Shown in pieces: positions 20,407 to 31,734 of a stretch of 64,000 bases of DNA. Origin of the DNA: Pseudomonadota bacterium (GTDB taxonomy: Bacteria > Bdellovibrionota_G > JALEGL01 > DATDPG01). Both the position numbers and the translations under genes were made by a program. Numbering within the stretch: the first letter of the stretch is position 1; the number at the start of each line of letters is the position of its first letter. The DNA lies in NCBI GenBank assembly GCA_043809315.1, contig JAZDDX010000017.1, forward strand, positions 64,001 to 128,000, in the 5' to 3' direction. The notes under the pieces are model-generated. The model saw only the letters and a list, made by a program, of their open reading frames with translations. It ran no database searches and was not told the origin of the DNA.

Positions 20407-21680
20407 TGATTCTGGGCTTGAGCCACCACACCGCGCCCCTCCACGTGCGGGAGCGATTCGACTTCTCGAAACACGCGAGCGAAACGTACCTTCCGCGCCT
20501 GTCGGGACTGGATTCCGTCCGCTCCGGGATGGTTCTCTCCACCTGCAACCGGGTCGAGGTCTATGCGGCCGGCGTAGGGGAGGATGAGCTGATCCGCGAT
20601 GCGGAGGGGTTCCTGAAAACGTTCCACAAACTCGACGAGAAAGAGGTGCGGCCGTATCTCTACACGCGGGTCAACCGGGAGGCGGTCCGGCACCTGTTCC
20701 GCGTCGCCGCCAGTCTCGACTCCCTCGTCGTCGGCGAGCCGCAGATCCTGGGACAGGTGAAGGAGGCGTACTTCGACGCCTCGGCACTCTCGCTCACCGA
20801 CCCGTTCTTCGATCGTCTCCTGCAACGGACCTTTTTCGTCGCGAAAAAGATCCGCAACGAGACCGGCATCGCGGAGCACGCGGTCTCGGTCAGTTACGCG
20901 GCGGTCGAGTTGGCGGAAAAGATCTTCGGCGACCTCACCGGGAAACAGGTGATGATTCTCGGAGCCGGGGAGATGGCGGAGCTGGCGGCCCGGCATCTGA
21001 AACGCCAGGGGGTGGAGGAAATCTTCTTCGCCAACCGCTCTCTCGATCACTCGGTCGAGCTGTCCAAGGAGTACGGCGGGACGCCGATTCCGCTCGCCGA
21101 GTTTCAGCGGCATCTTGCCACCGTCGACATCCTGATCGTCTCGACCGCGGCACCACATTATCTCGTCACGTTCAACCCGGTCGAGAAAGTGATGGAGGAA
21201 CGGAAACAGACGCCGATGTTCATCATCGACATCTCCGTTCCCCGGAACGTCGATCCGAAGGTCCACGAACTCGAGAACGTCTACCTCTACAACATCGACG
21301 ATCTCGAAGGGGTGGTTCAAGAGAACCGCTCGGTGCGCGTCCGCGAAGCGGAGAAGGCGGAGGCGATCGTGGAAGCGGAAGTCGAACGGTTCTTCGAGAC
21401 GGTCGAGCGGCTCCGGGTCGCGCCGGTGATCCAGAAGCTTCAGGAAAAATACGAAGGGGTCCGGACACGCGAACTGGAGCGGTTGAAGAAGAATCTGCCG
21501 GAGCTACCGCAAACTCACCTGGAGGAGATCGACCGGGCCACGTCGTATCTCGTCAAGAAGGTGCTGAACGACCCGATCGTCTTCCTGGGGGCGCAACAAT
21601 CGAAGAAAAATGCGACCGATCTGGTCGAGATGTTCCTCAGGATCTTCAGGATCGGGAAGGACGAGGAGGAGGAAGAATGA
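20397..21680 (+). CDS. hemA: Glutamyl-tRNA reductase
   Basis: GLSHHTAP, STCNRVE, SLDSLVVGEPQILGQVK, GAGEM, DISVPRNVD. Confidence 0.97.
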   Translation: MDLVILGLSHHTAPLHVRERFDFSKHASETYLPRLSGLDSVRSGMVLSTCNRVEVYAAGVGEDELIRDAEGFLKTFHKLDEKEVRPYLYTRVNREAVRHLFRVAASLDSLVVGEPQILGQVKEAYFDASALSLTDPFFDRLLQRTFFVAKKIRNETGIAEHAVSVSYAAVELAEKIFGDLTGKQVMILGAGEMAELAARHLKRQGVEEIFFANRSLDHSVELSKEYGGTPIPLAEFQRHLATVDILIVSTAAPHYLVTFNPVEKVMEERKQTPMFIIDISVPRNVDPKVHELENVYLYNIDDLEGVVQENRSVRVREAEKAEAIVEAEVERFFETVERLRVAPVIQKLQEKYEGVRTRELERLKKNLPELPQTHLEEIDRATSYLVKKVLNDPIVFLGAQQSKKNATDLVEMFLRIFRIGKDEEEEE

Positions 21681-22609
21681 AGGCGCTTCGCATGGGGAGC
21701 CGGGGGAGCAAACTGGCGCTGGTCCAGACCCACGAAGTCCAACAGACCCTGACCAAAGCCCACCCGGGAATTTCGGTCTCCATTCAGGTGATCAAGACGA
21801 TCGGCGATCGGGAGTCGGAGGTCCCGTTCTCCGCGATCGGTGCCAAGGGGGTTTTCACGAAGGAGTTGGACGAGGCGTTGCTTGCGGAACGGATCGACTG
21901 CGCGACCCATTCCCTTAAAGATCTTCCCTCGGATCTGACGAAAGGGGTCAAATTGGCGGCGGTCAGCGCCTGCATCGACCCGCGGGACGCTCTCGTCTCG
22001 CGCGACAACGTAAAGTTTTCGCGTTTGCCGGAAGGGAGCCGGATCGGAACCTCGAGTCTGCGGCGGGCCGCGCTCTTAAAAAGGATCCGCCCCGATCTCG
22101 TCATTACGGAGTTGCGCGGGAATGTCGACACCCGGCTCAGGAAGCTGGACGAGGGGCAGGTCGACGCGATCGTTTTGGCGGCGGCGGGCCTGAAAAGGCT
22201 CGGGCTCGGGAGTCGGGTCACTGAATTCCTTGATCCGCACGATTTCGTCCCGGCGATCGGACAGGGGCTTCTCGCGATCGTCTGCCGGGCGAAAGACTTC
22301 GAGACTCAGAAGTTGCTGGCCGTGTTGGACGATCCGTCGAGCCATCGGATGGCGGACGCCCAAAGGCTCTTCATGGCGGCGATGGAGGGGGGGTGCCGGG
22401 TTCCGCTCGGCTGCTACGCCGAGGAGACCGGCGATCGGGTCCGTCTGATCGGCTTTCTCGCTACCCCGGACGGAAAGCGGGAGATCCGCGAGTCGGTGGA
22501 GGGGACGATTTCGCAGGTCAAGGTGTTGGCGGAGAATCTCGCCCAGCGGATCCTCAAAAAAGGAGGGGACGAAATCCTCCGTGGCCTGCGTGCCGAGGTC
22601 CGGAGTTGA
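21677..22609 (+). CDS. hemC: Hydroxymethylbilane synthase
   Basis: GSRGSKLALVQ, KGVFTKE, HSLKD, GTSSLRR, RGNVDTRL, GGC. Confidence 0.97.
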   Translation: MKALRMGSRGSKLALVQTHEVQQTLTKAHPGISVSIQVIKTIGDRESEVPFSAIGAKGVFTKELDEALLAERIDCATHSLKDLPSDLTKGVKLAAVSACIDPRDALVSRDNVKFSRLPEGSRIGTSSLRRAALLKRIRPDLVITELRGNVDTRLRKLDEGQVDAIVLAAAGLKRLGLGSRVTEFLDPHDFVPAIGQGLLAIVCRAKDFETQKLLAVLDDPSSHRMADAQRLFMAAMEGGCRVPLGCYAEETGDRVRLIGFLATPDGKREIRESVEGTISQVKVLAENLAQRILKKGGDEILRGLRAEVRS

Positions 22610-23391
22610 GCGGGCCTCTCTTTGGAAAGCGGATCGTCGTTACCCGATCCCCCGATCAGGCGGGGGAACTTTCGGAACTGATTCGGAAAGCGGGGGCCGT
22701 CCCGATCGAAATTCCGACGATCGCGTTCGCCCCTCCCGCCGACTGGAGTCCGGTCGACCGGACGATCCGGATGCTCTCGAATTACGATCTGATCGTTTTT
22801 ACCAGCCGCAATGCCGTCCGTTTCTTCCGGGACCGCCTCGCCGCCAAAGGGATCGAGAGGGTTCCCTCGTCGATTCGGGTTGCGGCGGTCGGAACGAAGA
22901 CGGCCGAGGCTGCGGCGGAACTCTGCGACGACTTACCGCTGGTGCCGGAGCACCCGATGGCGGCGGAAGAGCTGATCGATCTCCTGCGGGATCGATTTGA
23001 GTCGCTGAAGGGGGTTCGGGTTCTCTTCCCCCGGGCCGAAAAAGGGCGGGAAGTTCTTCCCGAGTTTCTCCGGAAGGAGAAGGCGAACGTAGAGGTGGTG
23101 ACGGTCTACCGCACGGTTCCGATCTCGGAAGGGAAGGAACGCCTCCGAGGGTTGATGGCGGTCGGGATGGCCGATTGGATCACGTTCGCTTCGGGTTCGG
23201 CGGTGGACGGGTTTTTGGCCCTGGCCTCCCGCAAGACGATCCAGGCATGGATCGGGTCGAAGAAGATCCGGATCGCGAGCATCGGGCGGGTGACGAGCAA
23301 GGCCCTCGAAAAGCACGGGTTTTCGGTCGATGCCGAGCCGGGGACCGCGACGATCGGGGCGATGGTTGAAGCGATGTCCAAGGTGGGGTAA
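22606..23391 (+). CDS. hemD: Uroporphyrinogen-III synthase
   Basis: TTG start overlapping the hemC stop. PLFGKRIVVTR, FTSRNAV, VYRT, FASGSAV, SIGRVT. Confidence 0.92.
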   Translation: MSGPLFGKRIVVTRSPDQAGELSELIRKAGAVPIEIPTIAFAPPADWSPVDRTIRMLSNYDLIVFTSRNAVRFFRDRLAAKGIERVPSSIRVAAVGTKTAEAAAELCDDLPLVPEHPMAAEELIDLLRDRFESLKGVRVLFPRAEKGREVLPEFLRKEKANVEVVTVYRTVPISEGKERLRGLMAVGMADWITFASGSAVDGFLALASRKTIQAWIGSKKIRIASIGRVTSKALEKHGFSVDAEPGTATIGAMVEAMSKVG

Positions 23392-23400
23392 GGAGGGCGC

Positions 23401-24363
23401 ATGACCGAACCGTTTTTCCGAGGGCGCCGTTTGCGCATGACCGATTCGATCCGCGCCTTGGCGCGGGAAACCTTCGTCGAGCCCCGGGACCTGATCCAGG
23501 GGATGTTCGTGATCGACGGAAAGGGGAAGAAGATCCCGATCGACGCCATGCCAGGGATCGACCGTCTCTCGGTCGACCATCTCCGTTCGGAGATCGACGA
23601 AATCCGCGAAGCGGGGGTTCCGGCGGTTCTCCTGTTCGGGGTTCCGGACGAGAAAGACGTGAAGGCGACGGGGGCCTGGAAAGAGGGGAACCTGGTTCAA
23701 CGGGCCGTTTCGGAAATCAAGAAGCACGATCCGGAAATGGTGGTGGTGACCGACGTCTGTCTCTGCGCTTATACCGATCACGGCCACTGCGGACATTTGA
23801 AAGACGGCATGATCGACAACGACTCGTCGCTCGAGACGATCGCGAGGATGGCTCTTTCGCACGCGCAGGCGGGGGCGGACATCGTGGCCCCCTCCGACAT
23901 GATGGACGGCCGGGTCGGGGCGATTCGACAGATGTTGGATAAGAACGGGTTTGCGTACACGCCGATCCTTTCGTACGCGGCGAAATACTCCTCCTCGTTC
24001 TACGGTCCGTTCCGGGAGGCAGCGAAGTCGGCGCCGAAATCGGGGAACCGGAAGAGCTATCAGATGGATTCGGCGAACGTCCGGCAGGCGATGCGGGAGA
24101 TCGAGGCCGATATCAACGAGGGGGCCGATCTGGTGATGGTGAAGCCGGCTCTTGCCTATCTCGACGTGATCCGCGCGGCGAAGGAACGGTTCGACGTCCC
24201 GATCGTCGCCTACAACGTGAGCGGCGAATACTCGATGGTCAAAGCGGCCGCCCAGCGGGGATGGGTCGACGAGAAAGCGATCACGACGGAGATCCTAACG
24301 GCGATCAAACGCGCCGGCGCCGACAAGATCATCACCTACTTCGGGAAGACGTTCCGATCGTAG
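23401..24363 (+). CDS. hemB: Porphobilinogen synthase
   Basis: DVCLCAYTDHGHCG, PSDMMDGR, FYGPFREA, MVKP, YNVSGEYSM. Confidence 0.97.
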   Translation: MTEPFFRGRRLRMTDSIRALARETFVEPRDLIQGMFVIDGKGKKIPIDAMPGIDRLSVDHLRSEIDEIREAGVPAVLLFGVPDEKDVKATGAWKEGNLVQRAVSEIKKHDPEMVVVTDVCLCAYTDHGHCGHLKDGMIDNDSSLETIARMALSHAQAGADIVAPSDMMDGRVGAIRQMLDKNGFAYTPILSYAAKYSSSFYGPFREAAKSAPKSGNRKSYQMDSANVRQAMREIEADINEGADLVMVKPALAYLDVIRAAKERFDVPIVAYNVSGEYSMVKAAAQRGWVDEKAITTEILTAIKRAGADKIITYFGKTFRS

Positions 24364-24958
24364 ATTCGATCTCCTCCCAGGAAATCGGGCCCGAACGCAG
24401 CAACTTGGGGGCATTTCCCCCCGACAACTCGATCACTGTCGAGGCCTGTCCACCCGGGGTGGATCCGCCATCCAGAACGCAGAGATCGGCATTCCGGAAA
24501 TAGTTAACAACCTCCGTGGCAGTCCTTGCCGATGGTTTTCCACCGGGGTTCGCACTGGTCGTCGTGATGCAACCGCCGAACCCTTTCACCAATTTGCTCG
24601 CCAGTGGGTGTCCGGTGACGCGGAACCCGACGCCGCCGTCCCGGTTCATGAGCTCGGAGGGGAGCCCCGAAGCGGGGAGAACAATTGTCAGAGCGCCGGG
24701 CCAGTATTGATTGACCAGCTTTCGTACATTCGGCGGGGTCGGCGTGACGTATTTGCCGAGCGAACGGACATCGGGAAGGAGAATCGGGAACGGCTTGAAC
24801 GGCGGCCGGTTCTTCAAGACGAAGAGCGCGCGAAGCGCTTCTCCGTTCGTCGCGTCGACCCCCAAGCCGTAGAAGGTTTCCGTCGGGTAGGCCACCACTT
24901 TTCCCGCTTGGAGCGCCTCGATCGCCGTTTGAAGATCCTTGGTGACCGTGACGCTCAT
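24332..24958 (-). CDS. tsaC: L-threonylcarbamoyladenylate synthase (YrdC/Sua5)
   Basis: YPTETFYGL, KNR, WPGALT, TSAN, ASTV. Confidence 0.93.
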   Translation of the reverse strand: MSVTVTKDLQTAIEALQAGKVVAYPTETFYGLGVDATNGEALRALFVLKNRPPFKPFPILLPDVRSLGKYVTPTPPNVRKLVNQYWPGALTIVLPASGLPSELMNRDGGVGFRVTGHPLASKLVKGFGGCITTTSANPGGKPSARTATEVVNYFRNADLCVLDGGSTPGGQASTVIELSGGNAPKLLRSGPISWEEIESTIGTSSRSR

Positions 24959-26238
24959 TTTCTTACCTCCGGGCGAAGCACCCGCCAGCCGATATCGTTC
25001 CGAAACACTTTGCCATCATAACGGATGCGATCGGCAGCTCGATACGCTTTTTCCGCCGCCTCCTTGAGAGTCGGTGCGAGCGCGGTGACCGTCAGCACCC
25101 GTCCCCCGGATGTGACGATCCGGTCTCCGTCCAATCGGGTCCCGGCGTGAAAGAGAAAGGCCTCTTTTTCGGCCTCCGCAAGCCCTTCGATCGTGGCCCC
25201 GGTTTTCGACGCGGCCGGATACCCGGCTAAGGCGAGAACCACCCCGATCGCTGCATCGGCGGTCCAGGTCGGTGTGATTCCGATGAGTCGCCGTCGCGCC
25301 GCTGCGAGCAAAAGCTCGGCGAGGTCGCTTGTAAGCCTTGGGAGGATCACCTGCGTTTCGGGATCCCCGAACCGGACGTTGAACTCCAACACCTTCGGCC
25401 CGGCCGGCGTGATCATGAGGCCGACGTACAGAACGCCGCTGAACGGATTTTTCCGCGCGGCCATCGTTTCGAGCAGCGGCCGGACCACCCGTGCCTCACA
25501 AAGCTTTTGCATTGTTGCATCGAAGATCGGGGCCGGAGAATACGCCCCCATCCCGCCGGTGTTGGGCCCCCGTTCGCCGTCGTTGAGTCGTTTGTGGTCC
25601 TGGGCGGAAACGAGCGGGATGTAATGGGTGCCGTCCGCGATCACGAGGAACGACACCTCTTCCCCCTCGAGAAACTCTTCCGCCACGAGGGTTGCGCCGG
25701 CATCCCCGAAGATCCGCTTTCCCATTACGGCTGTGACGAAACGACGGGCATCCTCAGGACCCGGGCAGATCGCGACCCCTTTTCCCGCCGCCAATCCGTC
25801 CGCTTTGAGAACGACGGGGTAGGGGCATCGGCGGAGATAGGCGAGAGCCTCCGCTTCCGAGTGCAAGGCCTGGAATGACGCGGTCGGGATCTTGGCCTCT
25901 GCCATGATCTCTTTGGCGAACTGTTTGGATGACTCGAGGCGCGCCGCCTCTTTTGAAGGCCCGAAGATGTCCAACCGTCTCTCCCGGAACCGGTCGACGA
26001 TTCCGTCGGCGAGAGGCCCCTCGGGTCCGACCACGGTCAGATCAACCCCCTCGGTCGAGGCAAAAGTGGCGAGTGCGTGAAGGTCGGCGGACCCGAGTGC
26101 GATGTTCCGATTTTTCTCGATCTGGGCCGTGCCGGGATTGCCCGGGGCCGTGAAGATCCGCTCCACCGTCGGGCTCAAGGAGAGCGCTCGGCAGATTGCA
26201 TGCTCGCGCCCGCCGTTACCGATCAAGAGAATGCGCAT
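24955..26238 (-). CDS. purD: Phosphoribosylamine-glycine ligase
   Basis: GNGGREHA, GPEGPL, KADGLAAGKGV, GPNTGGMGAY, EFNVRFGDPE. Confidence 0.97.
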   Translation of the reverse strand: MRILLIGNGGREHAICRALSLSPTVERIFTAPGNPGTAQIEKNRNIALGSADLHALATFASTEGVDLTVVGPEGPLADGIVDRFRERRLDIFGPSKEAARLESSKQFAKEIMAEAKIPTASFQALHSEAEALAYLRRCPYPVVLKADGLAAGKGVAICPGPEDARRFVTAVMGKRIFGDAGATLVAEEFLEGEEVSFLVIADGTHYIPLVSAQDHKRLNDGERGPNTGGMGAYSPAPIFDATMQKLCEARVVRPLLETMAARKNPFSGVLYVGLMITPAGPKVLEFNVRFGDPETQVILPRLTSDLAELLLAAARRRLIGITPTWTADAAIGVVLALAGYPAASKTGATIEGLAEAEKEAFLFHAGTRLDGDRIVTSGGRVLTVTALAPTLKEAAEKAYRAADRIRYDGKVFRNDIGWRVLRPEVRK

Positions 26239-26284
26239 CGGAATGAGCGACGGTAGCGGCCGGGTCCGGTCAAGTCAACTCATG

Positions 26285-28717
26285 TCACCGTTGCGCGACG
26301 TCGGTGCGCGACAGAAGCGATCGCCAGGGGGCCGCGTACGCAGGCTCTTTTTCGAGTGCCCGCCGCCAGAATCCCTCCGCACTGAGACGGTCCCCCCGCA
26401 CGGCGGCCAGATCCCCCAGGACCGAAAGCGCCCGGTATCCCCAGACGGTGTCGGCCGAGGCGATCGTGAGGGCCCGTTCCGCCTCGCTCAACCGCTTCTG
26501 TCGGGTCAGTGCACGTCCCATCCAGTAATGGGACATTGCACTGATCGGGTTGATCCGAATCGCCTCGCGGAACGCCGCCAGCGCAGCATCGGTGTCGCCG
26601 AGTGCTAAGAGCACGCGACCGGTGTAAACGTTGGTGTACTCCAATGCCGGACCGAGTGATTTTGCGCGGCGGAAGGAGACGAGTGCGGCTTGAAGCTGCC
26701 CGGCTTCCATCTGGGCGAGGCCGGTCAGCGCGTACCCGAGCGCGGTGTCCGGACGCCGACGGGAGAGTTTCTGGAACGTCGTCACGAACGACTTCGAGTC
26801 CAGTGGGAGAGTCTCGCTGTCGAGTCGTCGCCAGAGATCGGATCGTTCGCGCAGTCCGGCCCGGCTGACCGTCGCGTCGGCCACGTCCAGCGCCTCATCG
26901 TCCCGTTTTTTCTCGATAAGAAGGTTCACGAGATAAAAGTACGGATCGAGCCACTCGGGTCGCTCCGCGAGGACGGCGCGGTAGGAGCGGACCGCGTCCT
27001 CGACGCTTCCCTTCCTCTCGAGGATCCGGGCGCGCTCGAACTGGGCCTCGGCGGAGTTCGGATGTCCCGCCAGGAAGGCGTCGATCGCGTTCAGGGCACC
27101 CTGATCCCCTCGTACGGTGCGGATCGCTCGAGATTGCGAGATCACGAGGTCGGGCGAATCCGAGAGGATGACCGGGAGCGTCCGCGCCAGCTCGGCCGCC
27201 TCGATCTCGCGTCCGCTCCGGGTCAGGATCCGGATCAGTTCCCGCGAAGCGGTGAGTAAATCCTCTTCCCGGGCGTGATTTCGGTATCTCGTCCCGATAT
27301 CACGGAGATGGCGCTCCGCCAGGGCAAGGTTGTTGTCGATGCGGCTGTAGATCAACGCGAGTTCGAGACGGGCGGGGGAAAAGGTGGAGCTGGCCCGCAA
27401 CGCGTCCTGGTACCAACGCTTCGCGCCGGCATAGTCCCGGCCCCGTTCTTGGATCGTTCCGATCCGGTAGAGCGCGCGCGGATCGTTCGGCGCCTGCGCG
27501 AGCCTTCGTTCGAAGGCGTCGAGCGAGGCGGCCGGCTCCGCCTTCAAGAAGAGCGCCTCCCCCGATAGATCGTATGCCTCGAGCAGGCTCGGATTCTGGG
27601 CTCCGGCGCGGGTGGCGAGCGAGATCGCTTGATCGAGGGAGACCTGATCTTGGGAGAGGGAGATCAACACCCGGGAGCGCGTCAGGAGCGCCCACGCGTT
27701 TTCCGGATCCACTTCAAGTGCTTGCTGGCTCGAGCTGCGAGCCAGCGCGACGTTCCTGGATCCGAGTGCGGTGCGGGCTTTGGCCACGAGCCCCTCGACC
27801 CTCCTGGGAAAGAGGCGCTGGAAAAAATCAATCGTATCGAGCGTGGCGGCTGAGAACCGGGGATCCTGCTTCCAGGCGGCGGTGAATCCGTACGCCAATA
27901 CGAGCAGGGCGAACGCGTCGGCAGAGGTCGGGTCGGCGACGAGGGCCTGCTCGCAGAGCGACATCGCGACCTCGAGTTCCTCCGGACGATCCGAAGCGAT
28001 CACCTTCCGCCCTTGTTCCATCAGCGCATCGGACGGACGGGACGGGGGAGGAACGCGTTTCATGAGATGGGTCGCGAATTTCGCCAGCTCTCCGGGGGTC
28101 GCGAGGGGGGGTTGATAGGTGACGACGCGATAGATGGCCCAGGAGGCGGCGAATGCCATGAACAGAAAACCGAACCCCTGGGACAGCTCGGCGGGGCGGT
28201 AATACCGGCGGAAGAGGCGGATGATCGTGGAGGTCCGTGCCGGCGGCGGCGCCGGCTTCTGTTCACGGAGGGCGGAGCGGAATTTCCCGAACCGTTTGGC
28301 GGCCGCCGTTTTCCCCTGCGGGGAGATCAAGGGATCGTCCGGTCGGATCTCGCCCATGCGGATCCACTCCTCGACCGAGCCTTCCGATGCCAGCTCGATC
28401 ATCCGGCCATCCCGGAAGACCTTCCATTGGGAGTGCTCCCGCTGGGCCGGCTTTTTTTTCACCTCTTTCCGGCAGTTCGGGCAGATCGGGAGGACCTCGG
28501 TCATGTCCGCGGCGTATTCGCGGGAACAGGTCAGGCAGGTCCGTTTCGCGATCTTCCGATCCTCGAAGATGATGTCCGAGGAGTGGCCGGCGGCGGTGGA
28601 CGGAACGATCCGGAAGGAAGCCTGACAGAAGGGACACGACGAGGCGTAGCCGCGCGGGCCGACCTCCTCCACCGAGACGACGAAATCGGTGCGGCAGTCC
28701 CGACAGGTGATCCGCAT
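26285..28717 (-). CDS. Double zinc-ribbon / GYF-like / TM / multi-TPR protein
   Basis: CRDC..CPFC and CLTC..CPNC, a W...[15 protein letters not shown]_2-like segment, one TM helix and many TPR helices. Confidence 0.75.
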   Translation of the reverse strand: MRITCRDCRTDFVVSVEEVGPRGYASSCPFCQASFRIVPSTAAGHSSDIIFEDRKIAKRTCLTCSREYAADMTEVLPICPNCRKEVKKKPAQREHSQWKVFRDGRMIELASEGSVEEWIRMGEIRPDDPLISPQGKTAAAKRFGKFRSALREQKPAPPPARTSTIIRLFRRYYRPAELSQGFGFLFMAFAASWAIYRVVTYQPPLATPGELAKFATHLMKRVPPPSRPSDALMEQGRKVIASDRPEELEVAMSLCEQALVADPTSADAFALLVLAYGFTAAWKQDPRFSAATLDTIDFFQRLFPRRVEGLVAKARTALGSRNVALARSSSQQALEVDPENAWALLTRSRVLISLSQDQVSLDQAISLATRAGAQNPSLLEAYDLSGEALFLKAEPAASLDAFERRLAQAPNDPRALYRIGTIQERGRDYAGAKRWYQDALRASSTFSPARLELALIYSRIDNNLALAERHLRDIGTRYRNHAREEDLLTASRELIRILTRSGREIEAAELARTLPVILSDSPDLVISQSRAIRTVRGDQGALNAIDAFLAGHPNSAEAQFERARILERKGSVEDAVRSYRAVLAERPEWLDPYFYLVNLLIEKKRDDEALDVADATVSRAGLRERSDLWRRLDSETLPLDSKSFVTTFQKLSRRRPDTALGYALTGLAQMEAGQLQAALVSFRRAKSLGPALEYTNVYTGRVLLALGDTDAALAAFREAIRINPISAMSHYWMGRALTRQKRLSEAERALTIASADTVWGYRALSVLGDLAAVRGDRLSAEGFWRRALEKEPAYAAPWRSLLSRTDVAQR

Positions 28718-28750
28718 GCCCGGCGATCATAGCACGGGATCGGGAGTTGA

Positions 28751-30310
28751 TCAGTGCCGGAAGTGCCGGACACCGGTCACGAGCATGGCGAGCCCGTGCT
28801 CGTCGGCAGCGGCGATCACTTCCTCGTCCCGGAGCGAACCCCCCGGCTGAACGATCGCGGTGACGCCGCGGGCGGCCGCCTCATCGACACCGTCCCGGAA
28901 CGGGAAGAAGGCGTCGGAGGCCAGGGCGCTCCCGGTGAGTTTCTTTGGATCCGCCTTCATGGCTGCGATCCGGGCCGAATCGACCCGGCTCATCTGTCCC
29001 GCCCCGATCCCGACGGTCTGGAACCGGTTCGCGATCACGATCGCATTCGACTTCACGTGCTTGGCGACCCTCCAGGCGAGATCCAGCCCCTCCATCTCCG
29101 CCGGAGTCGGGGCGCGACGGGTCACGACCCGGGCGGAATCGAGCGGCTCGATGTCGCGATCACGCTGCTGGATGAGATACCCATCGACTGCACGGCGGAT
29201 GTCGAAACCGCCGAGAAGCGGGGAGGTTTTTTTCGCGTCGACCTCGAGGAGACGGAGGTTCTTCTTCTTCCCGAGAAGTTCCAACGTCTGCACGTCGAAG
29301 GCGGGGGCGATGACGATCTCGGTGAACGTTTTGGCGCAGGTTTCGGCCGTCTCCGGATCGAGCGGATGGGAGAAGATCACGATTCCGCCGAAGGCGGAGA
29401 TCGGATCGCACTCCAACGCCCGCTCGTACGCTTCGCGGAGCGAGTGATCGGAAAGACCGACCCCGCAGGGGTTTGTGTGTTTCAGGATCGCCACGGAATA
29501 GCGTCCGGGGAGTTCGCCGGAGAGGTCGATGGCGGCGGCGACATCCATCAGGTTGTTATAGGAAAGGACCTTCCCCTGGAGCACGCGCTCGAGAGCGGTT
29601 TTTCCCTGGAGGGCTGCCGGAAGATAGAAAGCGCCGGTCTGATGCGGGTTCTCCCCATACCGGAGCTCCCACTTTCGCTCGAGAGCGAGTGGGTAGTAAT
29701 TCGGCGGGGCGGAATCCTTCCGCTGGAAGTAGCGGGCGATCGTCGCGTCGTACGCGGCGGTTCGTTCAAAGACCCGGCGGGCCAGGGCTTCGCGGTAGGC
29801 CAGGGTCGTCGACCCTCCGTGGGTTCGGAGTTCGTCGAGAAGCCCTTCGTATTGCGAAGGCTCCGTTACGACCGCGACGAACGAGAAGTTCTTGGCGGCT
29901 GCGCGAAGGAGCGTCGGCCCGCCGATGTCGATCTCCTCGATCACCTCCGCGGCCGGTTTTCCCTCCACGGCGCTCGCGGCTTCGAACGGGTAAAGGTTCA
30001 CGACGACCAGGTCGATCGGGACATAGTCACGGAGCTTCAAGTCTTCCATGTGCCTGGGGTTGTCCCGTATCGCGAGAATCCCGCCGTGGATCTTCGGATG
30101 CAGCGTCTTCAATCGCCCGTCCAACATCTCGGGTGCGCCTGTGAAGTCCCCGACTTCAACGACGTCGAACCCTTTCTCGCGCAGATATTTCGCGGTTCCT
30201 CCGGAAGAGAGAATCTCGATCTCGAACTCCCGCAACCCGGCCGCGAGAACATCTAGGTTCTTCTTATCGCTTACACTTACAAGAGCGCGGCGAGTCGGGG
30301 AGGAGGACAT
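28751..30310 (-). CDS. purH: Bifunctional AICAR formyltransferase / IMP cyclohydrolase
   Basis: [45 protein letters not shown]. Confidence 0.98.
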   Translation of the reverse strand: MSSSPTRRALVSVSDKKNLDVLAAGLREFEIEILSSGGTAKYLREKGFDVVEVGDFTGAPEMLDGRLKTLHPKIHGGILAIRDNPRHMEDLKLRDYVPIDLVVVNLYPFEAASAVEGKPAAEVIEEIDIGGPTLLRAAAKNFSFVAVVTEPSQYEGLLDELRTHGGSTTLAYREALARRVFERTAAYDATIARYFQRKDSAPPNYYPLALERKWELRYGENPHQTGAFYLPAALQGKTALERVLQGKVLSYNNLMDVAAAIDLSGELPGRYSVAILKHTNPCGVGLSDHSLREAYERALECDPISAFGGIVIFSHPLDPETAETCAKTFTEIVIAPAFDVQTLELLGKKKNLRLLEVDAKKTSPLLGGFDIRRAVDGYLIQQRDRDIEPLDSARVVTRRAPTPAEMEGLDLAWRVAKHVKSNAIVIANRFQTVGIGAGQMSRVDSARIAAMKADPKKLTGSALASDAFFPFRDGVDEAAARGVTAIVQPGGSLRDEEVIAAADEHGLAMLVTGVRHFRH

Positions 30311-31734
30311 CAGAGCCGGGGCATGGCGGCGATGAGCGCCTTGAGATCGTTGTCGGTGAACTGGATCCCGGCCCCGGCGAAGGCGTTCCGGCCGCCCACC
30401 TTTGTGGCGACGTCATCCACACCGCCGGTCAAGAGAAGGTGCTTGTAAAGGATGAACGTGCCGTAGGCACGGATATGGGCCCGGTTTCCGGGGCGGGAGA
30501 AGTCGAACGCCTCCACGCTCAGCATCAAACGGTCTTTGAGTAGGTGATAATCCATGCCGGCCCCCCCGGAGCTTCGGAGGAGTCCCGCCCGGAACGTGAC
30601 GTCCCAGAACCGTTTCGCAAGCATGATCGTGAAGAGGAGATCGTTGCTGGTCTGAACGGTCTGGGTGGTCGTGACCACGTTCCCGCCGGCGCTGACGACG
30701 GTGTCGACGACGCGGGCCCTGCCCCTCGGTGCGTCGACCAACTCGATCAAGAGGTATTTGTCGGGAGCCGGCGCAATCGTGATCCCGACGAGATTCTGCA
30801 TCTGCTTGTCGGAGATCAGGTACTCGCCGCGATACCGGACGCCGAGCTGAATCTTACGGATCAATCCGAAGGTTTCGTTCAGACCCTCGACGGCGTTGTT
30901 CAGGTTGTTGACCGTCGTTTCATCGTTCAAAAGCTTCCCGACCGATCCCTCGCCCCGTTCCACCTTGTCGACGATCTTCTCGAGCGATCCCAGCGTGCGA
31001 TCCAGCCGTTCCGCGGCGCGGGTGACGCTCCCTGTTTTACCAAGGGAGTCCTTCATCGCCTCCGCCACGTCGTTCAGGGCGACCAGGACGGTATGAATCT
31101 GCTCTTTGTTCTCCCCCGTGATGTCGTTCAGGTCTTCCGAGAACGACTCGAGGTTCTCCACGATCCGGTTGATCCGCCCCTGGTTCCCCCCGACGATGTC
31201 GACCATCTTCCCTGAGAGGTCGCGCAGATTCACGACAATCTTCCCGAGCGCCCCTTTCGGCTGGTCCGACGTCATCAACTCTCGGAGCGTGTCCGAGGTC
31301 TCCGCCAATGCGTTCGAGATCTTTTCGAAGTCGCTGCGGGAATAGGTCTTCGGGATCTCCCCCCCATTTTCGAGAAGCGGGCGGTCCGGAGTGCCGGGAT
31401 TCAGCTGGACGTACTTGTCGCCGAGAACCCCCCGGTCCCGGATCGAAAGGGAGGCGTTGTCGTAGACCTTTACCCGTCCCTGCAACCGGACCGTAACGTA
31501 GGCCCGCCCGTCCCGGAGTTCTGTGGTTTCGACATAGCCGCACGCGATCCCGGCCGCTTCGACGGGAACCTTCCGGACCAAGCCGGTCACCGTCTCGAAA
31601 TACGCATGGTACGACTTCCCGATCCCGCCGACGGTGGAACGGTCGCTCACCTGAAGCGACATGTAGATGATCATGAGGAGGCCCAAGAGCGCGAACGTCC
31701 CGACCGCGAATTCTGTGGAAAGGAATCTCCTCAT
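30310..31734 (-). CDS. mlaD: Long MCE-family protein (MlaD) with helical stalk and beta-rich C-terminus
   Basis: N-terminal TM (VGTFALLG), MCE motif GVLGDKYVQLNPG, helical region with GEGSVGKLLND, and C-terminal amphipathic beta strands. Confidence 0.88.
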   Translation of the reverse strand: MRRFLSTEFAVGTFALLGLLMIIYMSLQVSDRSTVGGIGKSYHAYFETVTGLVRKVPVEAAGIACGYVETTELRDGRAYVTVRLQGRVKVYDNASLSIRDRGVLGDKYVQLNPGTPDRPLLENGGEIPKTYSRSDFEKISNALAETSDTLRELMTSDQPKGALGKIVVNLRDLSGKMVDIVGGNQGRINRIVENLESFSEDLNDITGENKEQIHTVLVALNDVAEAMKDSLGKTGSVTRAAERLDRTLGSLEKIVDKVERGEGSVGKLLNDETTVNNLNNAVEGLNETFGLIRKIQLGVRYRGEYLISDKQMQNLVGITIAPAPDKYLLIELVDAPRGRARVVDTVVSAGGNVVTTTQTVQTSNDLLFTIMLAKRFWDVTFRAGLLRSSGGAGMDYHLLKDRLMLSVEAFDFSRPGNRAHIRAYGTFILYKHLLLTGGVDDVATKVGGRNAFAGAGIQFTDNDLKALIAAMPRL

